A stretch of DNA of 64,000 nt. It comes from an uncultured Bacteroidales bacterium (GTDB lineage Bacteria > Bacteroidota > Bacteroidia > Bacteroidales > UBA10428). Below are positions 9,527-16,836 of this stretch, in pieces (the first letter of the stretch is position 1; each line of letters starts with the position of its first letter). Both the position numbers and the translations under genes were made by a program. Under the pieces are notes generated by a model. The model searched no databases. It was not told the origin of the DNA and was given only the letters and a program-made list of their open reading frames with translations. The stretch spans positions 1,744,426 through 1,808,425 of the forward strand of contig CAWGGG010000004.1 in the NCBI GenBank assembly GCA_963822145.1, given 5' to 3'.

Positions 9527-11353
9527 CTATTTCTGATTCAGCATATTACGCACTTCCAGGTTCACCTTGCGGATCTTTTCTTCGTTCATCTTGATCACCT
9601 TCCTGTCATACGTCATCAATCCGTTCACCTCAATTTCCACATCCGTGGTTTGTGTGTATACCGCTGCGGAGTAACAGGTCGGGATCAGTTTTTTCAGCTT
9701 TTCAGCCAGTTTGATATACGCATCCGTGGCCTCTTCCGATGTCTTGTATTGAACATATCCCCAGTTACGGCCCTGCTCCCAGAGGTGGCCTTCAAGTGCC
9801 AGACCTATTCCCCCGTATTCGCCCAACACACAGGCCCGCTTACCATCAAACATGGCGATCACGGGATCCGGGTAATTGTGAATATCGAGCATGTCGCCTG
9901 TATCATAATGGTTGCCGCCGCTCGCGGGGTTGACCAGCCGTGAGGGATCATATATCTTTGTCCACTCCACAATTTCCGGGGTTTTGAACTGACCCCAGGC
10001 TTCATTGAAAGGCACCCAGGTCACCACACAGGGATTGGAGATGCAATGATCGATGATCTCCTTCCATTCCTTGCGGTAATTGTCTTCCGACAGCGCGCTG
10101 CGCTCCAGTTCCTTTCCGTTGAAGTAATTGCGCATCTGCCACTGGGGCGAACGGTCGCCACTGGGCATGTCCTGCCATACGAGGATACCCAGACGATCGC
10201 AATGGTAATACCAACGTGCCGGTTCAACTTTCACATGCTTGCGGATCATGTTAAAACCAAAATCCTTGGTTTTTTGTATGTCGTAAAACAAGGCTTCATC
10301 CGTGGGTGCGGTGTAAAGTCCGTCAGGCCACCAGCCCTGGTCGAGCGGGCCAAACTGGAAGTAATCCTGATTGTTCAACTGCAGACGAACCACCCCGTAT
10401 TCGTCACGCTTTGAGGAAATCTTGCGCATGCCAAAATAGCTTTTGACAACATCAACAGCAGCATTTTTACGCAGCAAGGTTACCACCATATCATAGAGGA
10501 AGGGTGATTCGGGACTCCAGAGCTTGGCCCGGGGGATGCCGAGCAATACTTCCTGCCCTGGTGCAGATTTGCCGGCGCTGATAACTTTGCCGTTTTCCAG
10601 AACCTTTACCTCGATAAGATCGTCTGGTGAAGCACCCATGGCTGCAGCCAAAACGGAAACGGAACCGCCATCCACATCAGGAACAGTCCTGATGCTTCCA
10701 ATGTAGGCCTGATCAACAGGTTCTATCCAAACCGTTTGCCAGATACCGGTTACAGAAGTATACCATATGCTCTCCGGTTTATTTACCTGTTTGCCGTGCG
10801 GCTGATAACCCGCATCACTCGGATCCCAGACCCTGACAATCAGGTCCTGATTCCCGCTTTTATTGATGAAGGGAGTAATGTCCATGGAAAAAGGCGTATA
10901 TCCGCCGCTGTGCGAACCGGCCTTGATATTGTTTATCCAGATGTCGGCCTTCCAGTCGACAGCCCCGAAATTGAGCAATACCCTTTTGCCCTTCCACGAG
11001 ACCGGAGTGGTAAAAGTGCGGTGATACCATAGCTCACTGTTTTCGCCAACGGCTTTCTGGACTCCGGAAAGGCTCGACTCAATGGCAAAGGGCACAAGGA
11101 TCTTTCCTTCATAAGCAGCAGGAAATGCATTGCCTTTGGGCAGAATGGCATATTCCCAGAGACCGTTCAGGTTCTGCCACTGGTCACGCACCAGTTGGGG
11201 CCGCGGATATTCCGGCCACGGGTCGGCCGGGTTCACCTTTTCGGCCCAGGCTGTCCTGATCCGGTCACCGGCAGGTTTCCAGTCCTGCCCATTTGCACTT
11301 AAAACCAAAGCCAGCAAAACAATTAAACAGATTTTTTCACGAATAGTATTCAT
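9527..11353 (-). CDS. Glycoside hydrolase family 2-like (secreted)
   Basis: 608 aa with a signal peptide (MNTIREKICLIVLLALVLSANG). It has a GH2-type sugar-binding, Ig-like and TIM-barrel order, and a WVPFNEAWGQ acid/base-type NE motif. Confidence 0.7.
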   Translation of the reverse strand: MNTIREKICLIVLLALVLSANGQDWKPAGDRIRTAWAEKVNPADPWPEYPRPQLVRDQWQNLNGLWEYAILPKGNAFPAAYEGKILVPFAIESSLSGVQKAVGENSELWYHRTFTTPVSWKGKRVLLNFGAVDWKADIWINNIKAGSHSGGYTPFSMDITPFINKSGNQDLIVRVWDPSDAGYQPHGKQVNKPESIWYTSVTGIWQTVWIEPVDQAYIGSIRTVPDVDGGSVSVLAAAMGASPDDLIEVKVLENGKVISAGKSAPGQEVLLGIPRAKLWSPESPFLYDMVVTLLRKNAAVDVVKSYFGMRKISSKRDEYGVVRLQLNNQDYFQFGPLDQGWWPDGLYTAPTDEALFYDIQKTKDFGFNMIRKHVKVEPARWYYHCDRLGILVWQDMPSGDRSPQWQMRNYFNGKELERSALSEDNYRKEWKEIIDHCISNPCVVTWVPFNEAWGQFKTPEIVEWTKIYDPSRLVNPASGGNHYDTGDMLDIHNYPDPVIAMFDGKRACVLGEYGGIGLALEGHLWEQGRNWGYVQYKTSEEATDAYIKLAEKLKKLIPTCYSAAVYTQTTDVEIEVNGLMTYDRKVIKMNEEKIRKVNLEVRNMLNQK

Positions 11354-11388
11354 TGGGTAATAGTTTTTTAACTTGAATAATTGGATAT

Positions 11389-12177
11389 CTATCTCATTCT
11401 GTCGGGATTAAATACCAGGGTGGCAGAGCCATAAACAGCTTTCATGCCACTCCGGGAACCCATCTCATAGCGACTGGTCTCAATAGTGCCGTCGAGTACT
11501 TTTTCTGTTACCATGCGCATATCTGTAATGTACTGCGGTGTCAGTTTCACCTTCTCCTGTTCATAGTGGCCCACATACAGCTCATCAATATCGCCTTTCA
11601 TGCCTTCCAGCTTCCTGACAGAGGCCAGGTAAGCGGTAAGTGGCAAACTGGATATCTGCATCCACACCATGGTGGATCCGATGCCATCACCGGTAAGCAA
11701 GTACCGACCCGACCGGTCATAGAAAGCCACCGATCCGGGCGTATGACCGGGTATACCGATGACTTCAATCTTTTTTCCGCCCAGGTCAAACACGGTGCCG
11801 TCTTCAATAAAATGGCACTGCATTCCGGCCGACTTGGGGATCATACCCGTGTCGGCCGGCTGCATGTATATGTCATGAAAATATTTTATACCTCCGCTGT
11901 GGTCAGAATGACCGTGGGTCAGTGCGAGTTTAAAAGGTTTGCTGCCTATAAGCTCATGAATGGTTTCTTTCAGACCTTCCTGTCCCGAACAGGCATCAAT
12001 AAGGAGCGCCTCGAGGCTTCCTTCGATCAGGTAAGCGGTGGACAGGGTGCCTTTAATGGTCTGAATCCTCCAGAAGCCTTTACCCAGGTTATCGATACGA
12101 TAGTTCGGCTCAGGCTGTGCGCTCAGGGAAAGGAAGGTCAGCATGATAAGGGAACAGATCAAGTATGGGAATTTCAT
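11389..12177 (-). CDS. MBL-fold metallo-hydrolase (secreted)
   Basis: 262 aa with a signal peptide and an HxHxDH motif (LTHGHSDHSGG). Confidence 0.8.
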   Translation of the reverse strand: MKFPYLICSLIMLTFLSLSAQPEPNYRIDNLGKGFWRIQTIKGTLSTAYLIEGSLEALLIDACSGQEGLKETIHELIGSKPFKLALTHGHSDHSGGIKYFHDIYMQPADTGMIPKSAGMQCHFIEDGTVFDLGGKKIEVIGIPGHTPGSVAFYDRSGRYLLTGDGIGSTMVWMQISSLPLTAYLASVRKLEGMKGDIDELYVGHYEQEKVKLTPQYITDMRMVTEKVLDGTIETSRYEMGSRSGMKAVYGSATLVFNPDRMR

Positions 12178-12403
12178 TGATATTTCAAATTGGATTTTGG
12201 ATCATAAATGTAGGAAAATTTTTTTGGATAACCGGATTTTGCCTTATTGGTCATTTCCGGCTTGCCTGCCGATTATTTCCAAAAAAACAAGATAATGATT
12301 TTTTTATTCTGATACATCACTAAATTTGGCTGACCAAAATTCCATAGAATATTCCTGATCTGACCCAACCTGCAGAAAATGGTGAATCATAAACATCGAT
12401 GCA

Positions 12404-12643
12404 ATGAATATTGAAACCAAGGAAAAAGTGTTAAGGGTTGTCAGTCGGGTTACCGGAAGGAATATTAAGGAAATAAATCTTGAAAGTGACCTGAAAACGC
12501 AGCTTTCAGTTGATTCGGTTCAGATCGTTGAATTATTCGCGGTCCTCGAAAAGGAACTGGGAGTTGAACTGCCACTCCGGTTAATGACAGTAAAAACCGG
12601 CAGGGAATTTCTAATGATACTTGAAGAGGAGCTTCATAAATGA
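12404..12643 (+). CDS. Acyl carrier protein
   Basis: 79 aa. LSVDSVQIVEL is a phosphopantetheine-attachment-type DSx motif in a four-helix-sized protein. Confidence 0.75.
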   Translation: MNIETKEKVLRVVSRVTGRNIKEINLESDLKTQLSVDSVQIVELFAVLEKELGVELPLRLMTVKTGREFLMILEEELHK

Positions 12644-12687
12644 CCCTGGAGTCCATATTTGAGTTTTAAACTAATATTGGATTACAG

Positions 12688-14055
12688 ATGAATGATTTCC
12701 GGCGCATAACGCAGCTTGACTTTAAGTATGTAATATTTAAAGGCAAAAGGTTTGATAAACGGTTGATTTCTGAAGCCATTGATCACCTGGTAAAATTCCT
12801 GCGTACAAATAACCAGTCCACTTCGCCGTTTATCTTGTTGACTGCCTATAATCATGTAAAAACGATCATAGCGTATTATGCAATTATCAAAGCAGGTAAG
12901 ATACCTGCATTGCTTGATCCGGGTCATCGATCAATCGAACTTACCGAAATCATCGAGGATATTGATCCGGCCGCAATCATTTTCCTGAACTCAAGTGAAA
13001 TTGGTTTCACCTATGAGGAGGAAATTATTTTCAGAAAGCCGAAACCTGGCTTCCTGATTACATCCGATTTAGAAGATGTCTGTACACTGGCTTTCACCAA
13101 TGCAGAAGATGGTTATTCGAAAGGTGCTATGCTTACCGAAAAAAATCTCTTATCGGAAATTCGGGCCCTGGTTATTACCAACAGGTTAACAACCAGCTCC
13201 GTTACCTGTGCATTGTTGCCGTTTTCTCACTTATATGGTTTGGTTCAGGGAATACTGTTACCAACCCATTCCGGTTCAACAGCTGTGATTATTGAGATGG
13301 ATATACTCCGGATCAGCGAAATAATAAACGAGATCCGGCAAAATCATGTAACCCATCTTTATACAGTACCCTCGCTGTATTATTTGCTCAGCAAAGTGAC
13401 CGGAATTGATCACCTGGTGAAGGGTATTCTTGAATTTTACTCAGGTGGCATTCAGTTATCCCCTTTTATTTATGAAAGCTTCTTTAAGAAAACAAACCGG
13501 ACGATAAGAGAGGGATATGGACTTACCGAATGTTCCCCGGGTGTTGGTCTGGACTATGAAAATGAAAAGCCGGTCGTATCCAGTTTCGGGAAACCAATGC
13601 CAGGTTGTGACATCAAAATACTGGATGAAAATAATAAGGAATGTTTACCTGGCCAGGACGGCGAAATATGCATCAGCGGAGACATGGTGTTCAAAGGCTA
13701 TTTCAATCATGAAAAAGCTACCGGCAGCGTGCTGAGGAATGGCTGGCTCCATTCCGGCGATTACGGAAAAAAAGACCCGCAAGGGAATATTTACTTCTGC
13801 GGCCTGAAAAAGAACATGATCAATGTGGCCGGAAACAATGTATACCCCAGAAAATTGGAACGTCTTTTAAAAATAAACAAAAGGGTGGCCGAAGTTGAAG
13901 TATTTCATGAAGAATCTGTGTTGCAGGGCCAGGTTGTGGGCGCCAGGCTCCAGCTGCATAAAAAATCAGAAAGTGCCCAGAAGGAGGTGAAAAACTGGTG
14001 CTATCAGAACATAAATAACATTATTCTTCCGAAGATTTGGTTGTTTGAACAATAA
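12688..14055 (+). CDS. Adenylate-forming (ANL superfamily) enzyme, putative acyl-ACP synthetase/ligase with atypical core motifs
   Basis: 455 aa. A5 is EGYGLTE, A7 is WLHSGDYG and the A8-like motif is GLKKNMINVAGNNVYPRKLE. The P-loop/A3 position reads FTNAEDGYSKG instead of T[SG]GTTGxPKG. The protein ends ...ILPKIWLFEQ and has no A10 GK. Confidence 0.7.
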   Translation: MNDFRRITQLDFKYVIFKGKRFDKRLISEAIDHLVKFLRTNNQSTSPFILLTAYNHVKTIIAYYAIIKAGKIPALLDPGHRSIELTEIIEDIDPAAIIFLNSSEIGFTYEEEIIFRKPKPGFLITSDLEDVCTLAFTNAEDGYSKGAMLTEKNLLSEIRALVITNRLTTSSVTCALLPFSHLYGLVQGILLPTHSGSTAVIIEMDILRISEIINEIRQNHVTHLYTVPSLYYLLSKVTGIDHLVKGILEFYSGGIQLSPFIYESFFKKTNRTIREGYGLTECSPGVGLDYENEKPVVSSFGKPMPGCDIKILDENNKECLPGQDGEICISGDMVFKGYFNHEKATGSVLRNGWLHSGDYGKKDPQGNIYFCGLKKNMINVAGNNVYPRKLERLLKINKRVAEVEVFHEESVLQGQVVGARLQLHKKSESAQKEVKNWCYQNINNIILPKIWLFEQ

Positions 14056-14066
14056 AAACTCAGCAT

Positions 14067-15275
14067 ATGATAAAAATGGGAAATGGATTGGGCGAATTAT
14101 ATGCTGCGGTTAAGATCCTTCAGCAGAATGGTTGTGTATTTCAATATTATGAAGATACTGAGTATAACGGAAGGACTGTTATCGTTAATAACCGTGAACT
14201 CCTGCATCTGGCAAACTGCAGTTATCTCGGTCTTGAAAAACATCCTTCCCTGATATCTGAGGCGACAGAAGCGCTGAGGCGGTATGGTACCCAAAACTCC
14301 ATGTCGAGGGCTATGTTATCTTCTCCCCTTTATAAGTCATTGGAACAACTGTTGGGAGAAGTTTTCCCTGGTTATCAGGCAGTCTTCCCCACCACTACAT
14401 TGGCCCATTGCTCAGCACTTCCCTTGTTGATCCAGGATAAGGATGCCATTATACTGGATGCACATGTGCATAACAGTGTACGCATGGCAAGCCAGTTATG
14501 CAAAGCCAGTGGCACCTTTGTTGTCTTATCCAGGCACAATGATATGGATCATGTTAAGTACCTGACCTACCGGCTTAGGAAAGAGGGATATGCCAGAATC
14601 TGGTATTGCGCCGACGGGTTGTACAGCATACATGGCAATTTCTGTGATGTAACAGGTTTAGTAAAGTTACTGGATACTGTAGACAACTTTTATGCCTATG
14701 TGGATGATGCGCACAGTACAGGCTGGTATGGTAAGCATGGCTGCGGATATGTTGCTTCACAACATGGTCTTCATGAAAAAATGATCTTGGTTGAATCGTT
14801 TGCCAAATCAATGGCTGCCAACGGGGCCGTGATCATTTCCTCAGACCGGGAGGTTGCGGAATACCTCAAATATACCGGACAAACCATGATCTTTTCCGGT
14901 CCCATTCAACCTGCGACATTAGGTGCAATAAACGCAAGCCTTAAAATTCATTTGTCGGATGAACTTCCCGGGCTGCAGCATGAGTTGGTGGAATTAATTG
15001 AGTTCTTCATTGCGAAAAGCAATGATCTTCAGCTGCCGATTCAGACCAGGGACATAACACCCATACAGCTTTTCAGAATCGGCAGTATGGATAGGATGTT
15101 CAGGGTATTGGTTCAGCTGATAGACAAAGGATTTCTTCCCATGACCGCCGGTTATCCCGCCGTAGCCAAGGGAGAGGAAGGTATTAGGGTAAATATCACC
15201 CGGCATCTGACAAAAAACGATCTAAACAGTTTCCTGGAGACTTTAAGGAACATATTTGACCTGGAAAAAGATTAA
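14067..15275 (+). CDS. PLP-dependent alpha-oxoamine synthase family enzyme (AONS/KBL/SPT/CqsA-like)
   Basis: 402 aa with DAHVHNSV (His stacking on PLP), YVDDAHSTG (Asp/His) and ESFAKSMAANG (Schiff-base Lys). Confidence 0.8.
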   Translation: MIKMGNGLGELYAAVKILQQNGCVFQYYEDTEYNGRTVIVNNRELLHLANCSYLGLEKHPSLISEATEALRRYGTQNSMSRAMLSSPLYKSLEQLLGEVFPGYQAVFPTTTLAHCSALPLLIQDKDAIILDAHVHNSVRMASQLCKASGTFVVLSRHNDMDHVKYLTYRLRKEGYARIWYCADGLYSIHGNFCDVTGLVKLLDTVDNFYAYVDDAHSTGWYGKHGCGYVASQHGLHEKMILVESFAKSMAANGAVIISSDREVAEYLKYTGQTMIFSGPIQPATLGAINASLKIHLSDELPGLQHELVELIEFFIAKSNDLQLPIQTRDITPIQLFRIGSMDRMFRVLVQLIDKGFLPMTAGYPAVAKGEEGIRVNITRHLTKNDLNSFLETLRNIFDLEKD

Positions 15276-15301
15276 AGTATACCGGTTAGAAACAATGCAG
15301 T

Positions 15302-16636
15302 GTGATGCCAAGAAAGATAAGAAAAATAGCGCTGATTAATCCCAAAACACCGCTTCAACAGGAAAATCCCGGGATATTTGAAATGTTTCAAAGAAACAGG
15401 GAAAGACTCAAGCCATGGCTTGCTCCTCCCTTGAATTTGTTGACCATTGCAGCACTCACCCCGGATAGTATTGAAGTATGTGTTATTGATGAACACTTCG
15501 AGAGCATTGATTTCACCTCGGAATATGATCTGATTGGCATTACAGCAATGACACAACAGGCTTTCAGGGCTTACGAAATCGCGGAGATATTCAGAAACAA
15601 GAATGTTCCCGTTGTCATGGGAGGTATTCATGCCTCCGTGCTTCCTGAAGAAGCCCTGCAGCATACTGATACGGTTTTCGTTGGAGAAGCTGAAGAGCTT
15701 TGGAAAGTGTACCTCGATGAATTGCAGGAAGGCAAAGAAAGGAAAATATATAAGTCCGATGGATTTCTTGATCTTCGAAAATCACCTGTACCAAAATACA
15801 ATCTGATTAATTATAACGCATATAAGGACAATGATAACTATTTCAACTATATCCCTGTGCAGGCAACACGCGGTTGCCCGCATGATTGCGTTTTCTGTGC
15901 TGTTTCCAAGCTATATGGAAAAAAAATCAGAAAAAAAACTGTAGACCAGGTGGTCAGGGATATAGAACAAATCCAACTTCACGTCGGTGATTCCCTCATT
16001 CTTTTTGCTGATGATAATTTATTTGTGGATAAAAGGTTTAGCAAAAATCTTTTAAAAGCGTTAATCCCATTGAAGATAAAATATTTTGCCCAGACGGATA
16101 TCAGCATTGCCGAGGATGAGGAACTGCTCAGTCTGGCTTACAGGAGTGGTTGTCATATCGCCTTCATTGGCCTCGAAAGCCTCAGGGAAGAAAGTTTGGG
16201 AGAGATAAACCGTAACAAATGGAAAATGAAGCAGGTGGAAAAATACACCCGTAGCATAAGAAAAATACAAGACAGTGGCATTGTGGCCTTTGGTGCCTTT
16301 GTCATCGGATTTCAGCACGATGATCTTTCAACCTTTGATGAGATTAGAGATTTCACTGTTCAGAACCATATGCCGGGACAATTCACTTTGGCCACTCCCA
16401 TACCCGGCAGCAATTTATATCAGGAATTGCAGCAGGAAGGAAGACTATATCATGATGTTTTCTGGAACAAATGCAATTTTTACAATCTGGTTTATACGCA
16501 TGAAAATCTTACAAAAAAGGAGGCAGAGGATGCATTGATCCGCCTGTATGAGGATGTTTTTAATGATGAAAATACTTTAAAACGCTTTATTCACATGAAA
16601 AATATCTACAAAACCCTTCCTGAAAGATGGATCTGA
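15302..16636 (+). CDS. B12-binding-domain radical SAM protein (class B)
   Basis: 444 aa. The N-terminal region has a Rossmann-like B12-binding layout (IALINPK...VVMGGIHAS), followed by CX3CX2C (GCPHDCVFC). Confidence 0.85.
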   Translation: MMPRKIRKIALINPKTPLQQENPGIFEMFQRNRERLKPWLAPPLNLLTIAALTPDSIEVCVIDEHFESIDFTSEYDLIGITAMTQQAFRAYEIAEIFRNKNVPVVMGGIHASVLPEEALQHTDTVFVGEAEELWKVYLDELQEGKERKIYKSDGFLDLRKSPVPKYNLINYNAYKDNDNYFNYIPVQATRGCPHDCVFCAVSKLYGKKIRKKTVDQVVRDIEQIQLHVGDSLILFADDNLFVDKRFSKNLLKALIPLKIKYFAQTDISIAEDEELLSLAYRSGCHIAFIGLESLREESLGEINRNKWKMKQVEKYTRSIRKIQDSGIVAFGAFVIGFQHDDLSTFDEIRDFTVQNHMPGQFTLATPIPGSNLYQELQQEGRLYHDVFWNKCNFYNLVYTHENLTKKEAEDALIRLYEDVFNDENTLKRFIHMKNIYKTLPERWI

Positions 16637-16836
16637 TCAACCGAAGTTATAGGATAAATTAGCGGAAATTGGAACTTTAAAGCTCAAATATTGAAGTTTT
16701 TCCCACGAGCATCCTCCCGGAAGCTTTTGGATAAACAAGTACTAAAAAAATAAATTGGCGGCCGCTGGTCACATCCAAACTTAATGGTATTGGTTACGTA
16801 TATATTTATGTTCATTTGTATAAAAGGGCTAAACCA

